This document shows, one piece after another, positions 18,301 to 30,314 of a DNA stretch of 64,000 bases. Position numbers and translations under genes: made by a program. Positions within the stretch are counted from its first letter, which is position 1. Every line of letters begins with the position of its first letter. The stretch comes from an uncultured delta proteobacterium (GTDB lineage: Bacteria > Myxococcota > Myxococcia > Myxococcales > Anaeromyxobacteraceae), in the NCBI GenBank assembly GCA_963814585.1, contig CAWFDF010000014.1:352001-416000 (forward strand), written 5' to 3'. The notes below the pieces were generated by a model that ran no database searches, was not told the DNA's origin, and saw nothing but the letters and a program-made list of their open reading frames with translations.

Positions 18301-19617
18301 TCAGCGACTCCGCTTCCCTCGGGGCCTGGTCCGCTCGGGCTTGGCCCTCGAGAAGTTGCCCACCACCAGCCCCGGCCGCGCCGCCCGGAGCGCCCTGATC
18401 AGGCGCCGCACCCCGAGCGCAGGCCCCCCCGCGCCGCGCCCGCGGGCGATGGCGAGGTAGACGTCCGGATCGATGGCGAGCGGACGGGTCTGGACCTGGT
18501 CCACCCGGGTGCGCTGCACCAGCCGGGCGAGGGCCCGGACCTCACCTTCACGATCAGTGACTCCAGGGAAGGTGAGCAGGTTGAGGGCGACGTAGGCCCC
18601 CTTCCTCTTCGCGGTCTGGATGGCTCGGATCACGTCGTCGAGCCCGTAGCGCTTGGGCCGGTAGTAGGCGGCGTAGAGGTCGGGCGCGGCGCTGTTGAGC
18701 GAGATGCGGACCGAGTCGAGGCCGGCGTCGCAGAGGGCGCCGAGCGCGCCGGGGATCGAGCCGTTGGTGTTGAGGTGGAGCGAGCCTCGCGTGGTGGCGG
18801 CGCGGATGAGCCGGATGGCCCGCGCGATCTCCTTCCAGCGGAGCAGCGGCTCCCCCTCGCAGCCCTGCCCGAAGCTGACCATGACCTTGCCGCGCGCCGT
18901 GCCGAGGTGGTGGATGGCCACCTCGGCCATCTGCTCGGCCGTGGGCGGGCGGGCGATCCGCTCGTGCGACGAGGGCGGCATGCCGTCGTCCTGCTCCGAG
19001 AGACAACCGATGCAGGCGGCGTTGCAGCGGGCGGACGACGGGATGGCGCCTTCGTCGCGGCCGTAGAAGGTGTTCTGGGCCGTGAAGCAGCGCCACTCGA
19101 GGGCACAGCGGGAGAGCTGGCGGTAGATGGGATTGGGCGTGGCGGCCAGGCGGTCCGCGACCCTGGCCTCCAGGTCGGGCGTGGAGTGCCTGGCCGGGCT
19201 CCAGTGGGCGCGGCGGTCGGTGCGCAGCGCCCAGACCGCGAAGCCGTCGGGGGTCGCGGCGGCGGCGGTGTAGGCCCACTGCGGGAGGATGGGGGCGTCG
19301 GTGGCGATGGCGAGCGGCCTCCTGGCGACGGCCGGGAGGAAGGTCCGGGTGAAGCCCGGGGGAAGCGTGGCGCCGACGGCGTGCGGGACGAAGCGGCGGC
19401 GGCCGATGGTGACCTCGTGGAGTACGGTCAGCCTTCCGGTGGTCGGGTCGACGCCGACCGGGCGGCGGCCAGGGAGCATGGCCAGGGTGGCGCCCTCGGG
19501 GAGGGGGCGAGGGCGCTCGAGGGGGCGGAGCAGCTCGTCGCCCGATCGGACGGCCGCCAGCAGGTCGGGGTGGTCGAAGACCACGCCCTGGTCGTCGGCG
19601 AAGAGGAGGCTCGGCAT
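18301..19617 (-). CDS. Radical SAM protein of unknown function
   Basis: CNAACIGC (CxxxCxxC), SFGQGCEGEPL, LNTNGS, SVRISLNS; stop directly abuts the rlmI ATG. Confidence 0.9.
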   Translation of the reverse strand: MPSLLFADDQGVVFDHPDLLAAVRSGDELLRPLERPRPLPEGATLAMLPGRRPVGVDPTTGRLTVLHEVTIGRRRFVPHAVGATLPPGFTRTFLPAVARRPLAIATDAPILPQWAYTAAAATPDGFAVWALRTDRRAHWSPARHSTPDLEARVADRLAATPNPIYRQLSRCALEWRCFTAQNTFYGRDEGAIPSSARCNAACIGCLSEQDDGMPPSSHERIARPPTAEQMAEVAIHHLGTARGKVMVSFGQGCEGEPLLRWKEIARAIRLIRAATTRGSLHLNTNGSIPGALGALCDAGLDSVRISLNSAAPDLYAAYYRPKRYGLDDVIRAIQTAKRKGAYVALNLLTFPGVTDREGEVRALARLVQRTRVDQVQTRPLAIDPDVYLAIARGRGAGGPALGVRRLIRALRAARPGLVVGNFSRAKPERTRPRGKRSR

Positions 19618-19730
19618 CGGCGGGGCGAGACATAGCACGGGCCACTTGCGGGCCGGCGGGACGGTCGTTGCCGGGCGGCCCCCGGGGCCGGGTGGTGGCA
19701 GGCACGGCGGGCGGCGTCCGAGTCGCCCAC

Positions 19731-19773
19731 CGCGAACTACTCTGGGTCGGGGGTTCGTGAACTACTCTGGGAC
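19731..19773 (+). repeat. Two direct copies of the AACTACTCTGGG motif
   Basis: cgcgaactactctgggtcgggg (19731-19752) and cgtgaactactctgggac (19756-19773). Confidence 0.9.
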
Positions 19774-19899
19774 AGTGAGGCGCTGATGCGCCGCCCACTC
19801 GAACCTGCTAGAAGAACTGGGTATTCCACCGGCGCCCGCCCGGACCGCCGTTCCGAAGGAGATCCGGAGGGCCTCGGCGACGACCATCGTGACCCGCGG

Positions 19900-19926
19900 G
19901 GAATCAGCGACGGCAACGACGGGTTG
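19900..19926 (+). promoter_or_regulatory. Candidate autoregulatory ECF promoter GGAAT-N18-GTT
   Basis: GGAAT 19900-19904 and GTT 19923-19925, 11 nt before the sigma ATG; matches the SigR/SigH-type consensus. Confidence 0.55.
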
Positions 19927-19936
19927 ATGGAGACGA

Positions 19937-20584
19937 ATGGGGCTCTTCGACGACCGCCAGAATGACCTCACCCGCGACGAGTTCGAGGCGCTGGCGCTCC
20001 GCCACCTCGACTCGCTGTACGGCGCCGCCGTCCGGCTCACCCGCAACGAGCGGGACGCCGAAGACCTGGTCCAGGACTCGCTGCTTCGCGCCTACCGCTT
20101 CTTCGATCGGTTCGAGCGAGGCACCAACATCAAGGCGTGGCTGTTCAAGATCCTCACCAACACCTTCATCAACCGCTACCGTCGAAGCGCCAAGGAGCGG
20201 ACCCTGGTCGACGGGCCCGAGCAGGAGGCCGTGCAGGGTCAGCTGGTCTCACGCGACGCCGCCGACGCCGCCGCCGATCCAGAACGCTGGTACTTCGACC
20301 GCGTCCTCTCCCAGGACGTCCTCAAGGCGGTCGACGCCCTCCCCCTCGACTTCCGCATGGTCGTGATCCTCGCCGACCTGCAGGAGTTCTCCTATCGTGA
20401 GATCGCCGACGTGCTCGACGTGCCGGTGGGCACGGTGATGAGCCGGCTCTTCCGCGGCCGCCGGTTGCTGCAGAAGGCCCTGGCCGGGTACGCCGTCGAG
20501 TCGGGCTTCCTCTCCGAGACCTCCGGCGTCGAGGATCTCGCCGAACACCGCCGCCGCCGCGGCCGCACCGGGTCCGAGCCATGA
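19937..20584 (+). CDS. ECF sigma-70 factor (SigH/SigR-like; probable Myxococcus RpoE1 orthologue)
   Basis: [53 protein letters not shown]. Confidence 0.93.
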   Translation: MGLFDDRQNDLTRDEFEALALRHLDSLYGAAVRLTRNERDAEDLVQDSLLRAYRFFDRFERGTNIKAWLFKILTNTFINRYRRSAKERTLVDGPEQEAVQGQLVSRDAADAAADPERWYFDRVLSQDVLKAVDALPLDFRMVVILADLQEFSYREIADVLDVPVGTVMSRLFRGRRLLQKALAGYAVESGFLSETSGVEDLAEHRRRRGRTGSEP

Positions 20585-21402
20585 CCTTCGACACGAGCAC
20601 GCTTCGCTCGATGGACTGCTCGGAGTTCGAGCGCTCCGTCGACGCCTTCCTCGACGAGGAGTTCGGGCCGCGAGAGCGCGCCGAGGCCGAGAGCCACCTC
20701 TCCGGTTGTACGCGCTGCGAGGCCCTGGCCGCGACGCAGGGCCGGGTGCACGACGCCCTGCGGACCGCCCTGCGGGAGGCCATGGGTCCGGAGTCGAAGG
20801 CGGGCCGCGCTCCCGAGGCGCTGCGCCGCCGGATCTCGACCGCCCTGGAACGCCAGCGCCGTCCGCTCTGGCGCCGGCTCGTCGCTCCCATCCCGCTGGC
20901 CGCCGCCGCCGCGACCGCCGCGGCCGTGCTGGTGGTCGCGGCCAGCCAGGGCTCCAGTGGGCAGCTGGTGGAGGAAGCGGTGCGCAAGCACCACCGCGAC
21001 CTCCCCCTCGAGGTGACCACCGCCTCGGTGGCACCCGAGGCCATCCCCGGGTGGTTCGCCGGCAAGCTCGACTTCAAGCCGAAGGCGCCCAACTTCGGCA
21101 GCCAGCAGGCCACGGTGGTCGGCGCCCGCATCTCCAACCTGCGCGAGCTCCCGGCGGCCTACATCAGGTACCAGCTGCCCCGCGGTCGGCAGGCCGGGCT
21201 CTTCATCGTCGATGACCCCGAAGGCCGGTTCGACGCCGGTGGCCGCGACGTGGAGGTCGGTCCACGCCACGTTCGGGTCATCAGCTCCCGCGGCTACAAC
21301 ACCGTGGTCTGGAGGCAGGACCACACCGTCTACTCGCTGGTCTCCGACTCGGGCGAGGAGGACCTCATCCAGATGGTCCGCGCCTCGAAGCCCGAGCCGT
21401 AG
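20581..21402 (+). CDS. Zinc-binding anti-sigma factor (zf-HC2) with TM helix
   Basis: HLSGCTRC (HxxxCxxC), TM segment, ATGA overlap with the sigma gene; true start may be 20611. Confidence 0.88.
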   Translation: MTFDTSTLRSMDCSEFERSVDAFLDEEFGPRERAEAESHLSGCTRCEALAATQGRVHDALRTALREAMGPESKAGRAPEALRRRISTALERQRRPLWRRLVAPIPLAAAAATAAAVLVVAASQGSSGQLVEEAVRKHHRDLPLEVTTASVAPEAIPGWFAGKLDFKPKAPNFGSQQATVVGARISNLRELPAAYIRYQLPRGRQAGLFIVDDPEGRFDAGGRDVEVGPRHVRVISSRGYNTVVWRQDHTVYSLVSDSGEEDLIQMVRASKPEP

Positions 21403-21488
21403 TCCCTCGCCGCCGGGCCGGGCGCACCTCCCGGATGGTGTGGTCTCCACCCGCTCGCTGCGACGCGGCCGATCGTTTACGGGTGTTT

Positions 21489-21517
21489 TTGACACCCCCG
21501 GCGGCTGCCCGTAGACT
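21489..21517 (+). promoter_or_regulatory. Sigma70-type promoter upstream of the frzS-like gene
   Basis: TTGACA-N17-TAGACT. Confidence 0.7.
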
Positions 21518-21591
21518 TTCTCCAATCTTTCCAGAGCGCTGCGCGCCTGCTGCCGCGGCTACGGGTCACGTTGGCTTGGCCAGGGATGCAC

Positions 21592-23418
21592 ATGTCGAAG
21601 ACCATCCTCCTCATCGAGAACGACGCGCCCTTCGCCGAGGAGATCTCAGGCGGGCTGGAGGCGATGGGCTACCTGGTGCGTGTCGTCGGCGACGGCAAGG
21701 ACGGGCTCGACCTGGCGAAGGACCTGAACCCCGACGCCATCGTGCTCTGCGTCGAGCTCCCGAAGCTGTCCGGCTACTCGATCTGCAACAAGCTCAAGAG
21801 GGACGACGCCCTCAAGGCGATCCCGCTGGTCCTCACCAGCTCGGAGGCCACCGAGGAGGTCTTCGAGGACCACAAGAAGCTGAAGGTCCGGGCCGAGGCC
21901 TACCTGATCAAGCCCTACGTGTCGGCAGCGCTGGTGGAGAAGCTGGCGGCCCTGATCGGCATGCCCGAGGCCGGCGCGGCGGTGGCTCCCGTGGCCCGTG
22001 CCGTGGAGCTGGACCTCGAAGGCGGTGACGAGGAGGTGGTGAGCCTCGAGGAGGAGCTGGCCCTGGAATCGTTCGCCGGCGAGCCGGGACAGGAGCTGCC
22101 AGCGCTCGATCTCGACTCCCTCCCGGACGAGCCAGCCGCGGTCGCGACGGGCGGCGGTCTCGACGACGACCTGAAGCTCCTCGACGACGCCTTCGACGGC
22201 CTCTCGGCACCTCCCGAGGCCCCGCCCCCTCTCCCTTCGGCCCAGGCTCCGGCGCCTCCGGAGGTCGCCACGGGCGTGGATGCCAGGATCGCCGGTGAGG
22301 CGATCGAGAAGGCCCTGGGTGTCGACCGGCCGGTCACGTCCGAGGACCTCGAGGCCGCCTCGGCCTCGCTCCCAGAGGACCACGAGGCCGGCGCGAGCGG
22401 CGACCTGGGCAACCTGGCAGAAGAGGCCGACCTGGCGCTCGGTGCGCTGGAAGACGATCCGCAACGTGCGGCCACGTCGGCGTTCGACGCCCTCGACGCC
22501 CTCGACGAGCCGGTGGAGGCTCCTCCACGGTCCGCTCCGTTCGCTCCAGCCGCCTCGCTGGCCGCAGAAGCGCCTCCGGGCATGGTGACGCTCGCCCCCC
22601 CCGCCGCAGGAGGCCTGGACTCCAGCAGGATGACGGCGGCACCTGGCGTCGGCGTGCACGGGCTGGCGCGGCTGGAGAGCGAGCTGGCCGAGCAGCGCGC
22701 CGCCCTCCTCGCCCGCGACGCCGAGCTGCGCGCCCTGCGGACGAAGCTGGAGGCGTCGGCCCGGCGCGCCGACGAGGCCGCAGCGGCGCTGGACGGGAGA
22801 GAGGCGGAGGCGGCCTCGCTGAAGGCGCGTGTGGAGTCCCTGGCAGCGCAGGTGACCGCGATCGATGCCGAAGCCAAGGCGCTGCGAGAGGAGGCGCGGC
22901 GGGCCACCGAACAGGTCCGCGAGGCCACCTTGCGTGCCGAGAGGGCGGAAGCCAGGCTGACCAGTGCCGAGGGACTGGTCTCGGCGGTCGAGAGCCGCTG
23001 CCGCGCTGCCGAGCAGGAGGCCGCCTCGCAGCGGAAGGCCGCCGAGCAGTCGGCCGTGGCGCTGGCCTCCAGGGCGGCGGAGCTGGCTTCGGCCCAGGCG
23101 TCTGCCGCTCGGCTGGCGGAGGTGGAGCGAGAGGTCGAACGCCTCGAGACCGAGCTGGTCGTCGCTCGCGGCGAGGTGGAAGGAGCCCGCTCGGAGGTGG
23201 AGAGGCGGGCCGTCGACCTGAAGCGCCGCGTCGCTGAGCTCGAGGCGGCCAACTCGAGGAATGAAGAACGGGTCGTCAAGGCGTACTTGAAGATCAAGGG
23301 CGACGAGAAGGTGCGCGACAAGGCCCGGAAGGCATTGGCCATCGCGCTTCAACTGCTGGAGGAGGGGTTGCCGGCGGAGCCGACCGGAGAGAAGCGTCCC
23401 CGCCCCGACCCAGAGTAG
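21592..23418 (+). CDS. frzS: FrzS-like pseudo-receiver / acidic linker / coiled-coil motility regulator
   Basis: Receiver lacks the acceptor Asp (IVLCVEL); GYSICNKLKRDDALK...HKKLKVRAEAYLIKP; long coiled coil; C-terminal IKGDEKVRDKARKALAIA; follows the ECF/anti-sigma pair as recalled for Myxococcus. Confidence 0.7.
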   Translation: MSKTILLIENDAPFAEEISGGLEAMGYLVRVVGDGKDGLDLAKDLNPDAIVLCVELPKLSGYSICNKLKRDDALKAIPLVLTSSEATEEVFEDHKKLKVRAEAYLIKPYVSAALVEKLAALIGMPEAGAAVAPVARAVELDLEGGDEEVVSLEEELALESFAGEPGQELPALDLDSLPDEPAAVATGGGLDDDLKLLDDAFDGLSAPPEAPPPLPSAQAPAPPEVATGVDARIAGEAIEKALGVDRPVTSEDLEAASASLPEDHEAGASGDLGNLAEEADLALGALEDDPQRAATSAFDALDALDEPVEAPPRSAPFAPAASLAAEAPPGMVTLAPPAAGGLDSSRMTAAPGVGVHGLARLESELAEQRAALLARDAELRALRTKLEASARRADEAAAALDGREAEAASLKARVESLAAQVTAIDAEAKALREEARRATEQVREATLRAERAEARLTSAEGLVSAVESRCRAAEQEAASQRKAAEQSAVALASRAAELASAQASAARLAEVEREVERLETELVVARGEVEGARSEVERRAVDLKRRVAELEAANSRNEERVVKAYLKIKGDEKVRDKARKALAIALQLLEEGLPAEPTGEKRPRPDPE

Positions 23419-23501
23419 TTTGGCGGACCAGGGGACGGGGGGCGGACCTGGGCAGGGGCCCGGGGTGGGCGCAAGTGGCTGGAATCCGGTGGTGAGGTGG
23501 G

Positions 23502-23516
23502 TGGCACGGGGCGTGC
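23502..23516 (+). promoter_or_regulatory. Possible sigma54 -24/-12 site before the HUH gene
   Basis: TGGCACGGGGCGTGC (GG-N10-GC), 15 nt before ATG 23532; also forms a GCACG-GGG-CGTGC hairpin. Confidence 0.4.
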
Positions 23517-23531
23517 GATTCAGCCTGGGCC

Positions 23532-24434
23532 ATGACCGCGCCGCGCCAGATCCTTCCGGGAGGTTCCTACCTCGTCTCGCGCCGCTGCACGCAGCGACAG
23601 TTCCTGCTGCGGCCCTGTCAGGACACCACCCAGCTGTTCGGCTACCTCCTCGCGGTCGCCGCCGAGCGCTTCCACGTCGACGTCCACGCCGTCTGCGTGA
23701 TGTCCAATCACGTTCACCTTGTCGTCACCGATCCCGAGGCTCGGCTCCCCGCCTTCACCCGGTACCTCGACTCCCTGGTGGCCCGAGCCATGAACCCTCG
23801 GCTGGGCAGGTCGGAGAGCTTCTGGGCGCCGTCGAGATCCAGCGTGGTGGCGCTGCAGACCCCGGCGGACATCCTCGGCAAGGTCGCCTACGTGCTCGCC
23901 AATCCGGTCGCGGCCGGCCTGGTCCGGCGCGGGCGGCTCTGGCCAGGGCTGTGGTCCGCCCCGGCGCAGCTGGGCGCCGCGGCCATCGAGTTCAGGCGCC
24001 CCGGCTGGTTCTTCAGGAAGAAGGGGAAGACCGCGCTCCCCGGCGTGGCCAGGCTCCGACTCGTGACGCCCCCGGGGCTCGGCTCGGTGGAGGACTTCCG
24101 CCGGGAGGTGGTCTCCGCGCTCCAGGCCATCGAGAGGCAGGCGGCGGCGGACCTGGCCACGGCCCACCGCGAGTTCCTCGGCGTCCGGCGCGTGCAGGCC
24201 CAGTCGCCGTTCGGGACGCCGCCCCGCTCCGAACCCCGGCGGGGGCTCAACCCGCGCATCGCCTGCCGTGACCCCGAGAAGCGCATCCAGGCGCTGCAGC
24301 AGCTTGTGGCCTTCCTTCGGGACTACCGCCGCGCCTTCCAGCGCTGGCGGGAGCGCGCCGCTTCCGTGGTCTTCCCCCACGGCACCTACCTGATGCGCGT
24401 CCTCCACGGCGCCACCTGCGCCGCCCCCGGCTGA
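23532..24434 (+). CDS. HUH (Y1) endonuclease/transposase, REP-associated tyrosine transposase (RAYT)-like, with long C-terminal extension
   Basis: YLVSRRC, HUH motif VMSNHVHLVV, catalytic-Tyr motif AYVLANPVAAGLV; no tnpB nearby. Confidence 0.88.
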   Translation: MTAPRQILPGGSYLVSRRCTQRQFLLRPCQDTTQLFGYLLAVAAERFHVDVHAVCVMSNHVHLVVTDPEARLPAFTRYLDSLVARAMNPRLGRSESFWAPSRSSVVALQTPADILGKVAYVLANPVAAGLVRRGRLWPGLWSAPAQLGAAAIEFRRPGWFFRKKGKTALPGVARLRLVTPPGLGSVEDFRREVVSALQAIERQAAADLATAHREFLGVRRVQAQSPFGTPPRSEPRRGLNPRIACRDPEKRIQALQQLVAFLRDYRRAFQRWRERAASVVFPHGTYLMRVLHGATCAAPG

Positions 24435-24656
24435 GCCGGCACCCGCGCCACTCCTCCCCCTCGATGACCCCCGCGAGTGCGCTGCCTCGCCTCGGCGAAT
24501 CCTCGCCTCCCGCCCCCACTTCGAGCTTCAGCCGGCCCCCGGAACTCCCCGACGATGCCGATCTCCTGGCCTGGTCGCCTCCTCAGGGCGTCCGCGCCAC
24601 CGCCTGGCACGCCCCAGGTGAGCCCATCCGCTTCATGACCGCCACGGGGAGCCGAA

Positions 24657-26225
<1,569 letters not shown>

Positions 26226-26226
<1 letters not shown>

Positions 26227-27365
26227 TACTTCTTGTCCATGTTCGTCCGGGCCGCCTGCTCCTTCTTCATCAGGAAGGCCTTGGCCTGGGACTGGATGGT
26301 CTGCGGGACGTTGCGGTCCCGCGCCAGCTCCTTGATGTCCTTCTCCTGGAGCGTGAACATCATCTTGAGCGCGGTCGGGAGCGGCACCTTGGGGTTCTTC
26401 ACCAGCGAGGCCTTGATCACGTAGGTCCGCGTGAACTCCCGGTTGGAGTAGATGTAGCGCAGCACGTCGGAGTTGACGGTGCGCGAGTTGGCCAGCCCGA
26501 GGATCTCGCCGTCGGTGATGCGCGGGCTGGTGACGGCCGCCATGCAGACCAGCTTGTTGGAGTCGCGCAGCAGCAGGGTGCGGGCTTCCCGGTTGCCCAG
26601 CGTGGCCAGCTTGATCTTCTGCGAGACCGAGATCTGCATGATCCGCTGGGTCATGTTGAGCTTGCGGTTGGCCTCCTCCTTGGACTCCAAGCCGCGCTGG
26701 GCCTCCTCGGCCTTCTCGACCGCCAGCTCGTCCCGATACTCGCTCATCAGCGTCTCGGCGGTCTCCTCCGCGGCGGGCGGGTGCAGCGTGGGATCGACGC
26801 CGTGGACGCGCTTGTGAGCCTCCACCAGCTGCGGCACGTCGAGCAGTAGCAGCCCGTTCCGGACGCAGAAGTCGCAGGCGCCATCGATGGTGGAGGCCAG
26901 CGCGCTCGGGTTGTGGCAGAGCGCCCGGATGATGTCGTCGTGCCGCAGCAGCCGCAGCTCGTTCTGCCGGATGATCTCGGTGAGGGGCTGCGAGACGTTC
27001 GGCGCCAGCCGCGCCAGCGTCTCGTCGAGCGTCGAGGGGTTGAGCAAGATCAGCTCCAGGGCCTGCTCCTTGCCCTGGAACCGATCAGCCAGCCAGTCGA
27101 GCACCGGCCCGCGCAGCCCCTCGGCCCGCAGCGCCACCCCGTAGATCTTGTCGGGCAGCCCGGAGGCGGTGCGCGTCGCCGTCTCGCGCACGTCACCTTC
27201 CGGGTCGAAGGCGAGGACGTAGAGGAGGGTCACCAGGTCCGGCGCGGCCACCGCCGGCACCAGCCCCTTGGCGCCCATGAGCCGCAGCGGAAGCGGCGCC
27301 TTCTCGTCGGCGTGCTTCTGCAGCGGCTTGGGGAGGACGTCGAGGGGCAGCGGGCAGTCGGACAT
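26226..27365 (-). CDS. Conserved alpha-helical (HEAT/LRV-like) hypothetical protein
   Basis: Good codon bias; KIKLATLGNREARTLLLRDSNKLV and LVKNPKVP blocks; TAG/GTG overlap with murJ. Confidence 0.75.
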
Positions 27366-27397
27366 GGTTCAGCTCCGTGGTGCCGCGAACTGGTCGC

Positions 27398-28162
<765 letters not shown>

Positions 28163-28168
28163 GGCGGG

Positions 28169-28197
28169 AGGTTAGCCGCGCCCCCCACGCCGGTCAA
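28169..28197 (-). promoter_or_regulatory. Sigma70 promoter for leaderless coaX
   Basis: TTGACC-N17-TAACCT, then 6 nt to the GTG start. Confidence 0.65.
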
Positions 28198-28233
28198 CGC
28201 GCCGCCGAGGGAGCTTCGCCCTCGACCCACGTG

Positions 28234-29238
28234 TCAGCCGCGCGGACGGAGCAGCGCCACGTCGCCCGAGGTGATCCGCTCGATGCCCACGGCGGTGCGG
28301 ACCAGCAGCGCGCCGGAGTGGTCGAGATCCTCGGCCCGGCCCACCAGCTCGCGGCCGTCGAGCTGCACCATCACCTCCCGCCCCAGCGTCACCGAGCGCT
28401 CCTTCCAGGCGGCGCGGATCGGCTCGAACCCCTCCTCGGCGTGCCGGTCGTACCACTCCTCCAGCAGCGTGAGGCAGGCGGCGAGGAAGAGCGCCCGCGG
28501 TGCCGGCTGGCCGCGCTCCAGGAGCACGCTGGTGGCCAGGTCGCGCAGCTCCGCGGGGAAGTCCTCGGCCTGGGCGTTGACGTTGACGCCCACCCCCACC
28601 ACCACCCACTGGATCTGATCGGGCTCGGCCGCCAGCTCGGTGAGGATGCCGGCGATCTTCCTGCCCTTGACGAGGATGTCGTTGGGCCACTTGATGCCGG
28701 CGTCGACGCCGGCGCGGCGCAGGGCATCGCAGACGGCCAGCGAAGCCACCAGGGTCAGCTCGGGGGCCCGGACGGTGGGGAGGCCGGAGGGTCGGAGCAC
28801 CACCGAGAAGGCGACGTTGCGACCGGGCGCCGTCACCCAGCTGCGGCCGCGCCGGCCTCGCCCGCCGGTCTGGCCCTCGGCCACCACCACCTCGCCGTGA
28901 CCGGCGCCGTCCTCGGCAAGCTCCTTGGCGTGGTCGCTGGTGGAGGCGATCGACTCGAAGCAGTGGAGCACCTGGCCGAAGTCGTGGGTGTTGAGGAGCG
29001 GCCGGAGCTCGAGCGCGCGAAGCCGATCCGGCACGGCCACCAGCCGGTAGCCTCGCGTCGCGATCGCGTCGATCCGGTACCCCTGCCCCCGCAGCGCCTC
29101 GACGTGCTTCCAGACCGCGGCGCGGCTGAGCCCGAGCTTGTCGCTGATGGCCTCGCCGGAGACCACGTCGTCGCCGGCCTCGGCCAGGAAGGCCAGGACC
29201 TGCTCCGCGCTCTCGCTCTGGAACGTCTCGGGGTTCAC
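28234..29238 (-). CDS. birA: Bifunctional biotin ligase / repressor
   Basis: HTH SGEAISDKLGLSRAAVWKHVEALR, QTGGRGRRGRSW, KWPND, KIAGIL. Confidence 0.96.
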   Translation of the reverse strand: MNPETFQSESAEQVLAFLAEAGDDVVSGEAISDKLGLSRAAVWKHVEALRGQGYRIDAIATRGYRLVAVPDRLRALELRPLLNTHDFGQVLHCFESIASTSDHAKELAEDGAGHGEVVVAEGQTGGRGRRGRSWVTAPGRNVAFSVVLRPSGLPTVRAPELTLVASLAVCDALRRAGVDAGIKWPNDILVKGRKIAGILTELAAEPDQIQWVVVGVGVNVNAQAEDFPAELRDLATSVLLERGQPAPRALFLAACLTLLEEWYDRHAEEGFEPIRAAWKERSVTLGREVMVQLDGRELVGRAEDLDHSGALLVRTAVGIERITSGDVALLRPRG

Positions 29239-29247
29239 GCCGGGCCG

Positions 29248-29276
29248 ATCTTGGTGGCCCGGCCCAAGGGTGTCAA
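29248..29276 (-). promoter_or_regulatory. Sigma70 promoter for birA
   Basis: TTGACA-N17-CAAGAT, 9 nt before the GTG. Confidence 0.6.
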
Positions 29277-29306
29277 TCGGCGCCGCCGCTCACGGCGCCC
29301 CTCGCG

Positions 29307-29460
29307 TGGCCTGAGCCCATCGCGAGACACACGATGCCGTCGGCGAGCCGGGTCGCGCGGCGACGGAGCAGCGGAAGCGGGCTGGTGGCCCGGTGAGCAG
29401 CGGTCGGAGGAGTCCGCCCGGCGCGGCCAGGCAGCGTGCGCCGCAGCCGGGATCGGGCCA
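29307..29460. mobile_element. Possible highly degenerate MITE-like copy D
   Basis: Imperfect inverted ends tggcctgagccc / gggatcgggcca; interior weakly resembles copy B. Confidence 0.3.
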
Positions 29461-29474
29461 GGTGACTGGCGCCA

Positions 29475-30311
29475 TCAGGACAGCTCGAGCGAGATGTCCA
29501 CCGCCCTGGCCGAGTGGGTCAGGGCGCCCATCGACACGAAGTCGACACCGGTGGCGGCCACGCGCGGAAGCCGCTCCTGCGTCATGTTGCCCGAGGCCTC
29601 CAGCAGCACCCGTCCGCTGGCCACCTTCACGGCGGCGGCCATGGCCTCGTCGGTCATGTTGTCGAGGAGGACGATGTCGGCCCCGGCGCCGATGGCGGCC
29701 TCCAGCCCAGGCAGGTCCACCACCTCGACCTCGATCTTGAGCATCGCCCCGGCCCGCGCCCGGGCCCGGCGCACCGCCTCGCCGACGCCGCCGCAGGCGG
29801 CCACGTGGTTGTCCTTGATGAGCACGCCGTCCCCGAGGCTGACGCGGTGGTTGCGGCCGCCCCCGGCCCGGACCGCCGCCTTCTCCAGCAGCCGCCACCC
29901 GGGGGTGGTCTTGCGGGTGTCGAGCAGCTGCGTCCTCCCGCCGCCAGCCGCCAGCGCCTCGACGCAGCGGCGCGTCGTGGTGGCCACGCCCGAGAGCCGC
30001 TGCAGGAAGTTGAGCGCGGTCCGCTCGGCGCCGAGCAGCGCCCGGACCGGCCCCTCCGCCTGGCCGAACCAGGCGCCCCGGGCCACCCTCGCGCCGTCCT
30101 CGGCCTCGAACCGGCAGGTGCACCCCAGCCGCTCGAAGACGTGAGCGGCGACGGCGGTGCCGGCGAGGACCAGCTCCTCCTTGGCGAGGAACCGGGCCAC
30201 GCCAAGCGCCGCCGCGTCGATGGTGGCCTCGCTGGTGGCGTCGCCGAGGAGGAGGTCCTCCTCGAGCGCCAGCTCCACCAGGCGCTCGGCGTGGGCGGAG
30301 AGCCGCACCAT
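29475..30311 (-). CDS. nadC: Nicotinate-nucleotide diphosphorylase (QAPRTase)
   Basis: ERTALNFLQRLSGVAT, DTRKTTPG, NHR, LIKDNH, EVEV, LLDNM, EASG. Confidence 0.96.
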   Translation of the reverse strand: MVRLSAHAERLVELALEEDLLLGDATSEATIDAAALGVARFLAKEELVLAGTAVAAHVFERLGCTCRFEAEDGARVARGAWFGQAEGPVRALLGAERTALNFLQRLSGVATTTRRCVEALAAGGGRTQLLDTRKTTPGWRLLEKAAVRAGGGRNHRVSLGDGVLIKDNHVAACGGVGEAVRRARARAGAMLKIEVEVVDLPGLEAAIGAGADIVLLDNMTDEAMAAAVKVASGRVLLEASGNMTQERLPRVAATGVDFVSMGALTHSARAVDISLELS

Positions 30312-30314
30312 CGG

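Noticed and set aside
23532..24434. Classical IS200/IS605 element with tnpB
   Set aside because: No tnpB or IscB; the protein is much longer than IS200 TnpA and has RAYT-type motifs.
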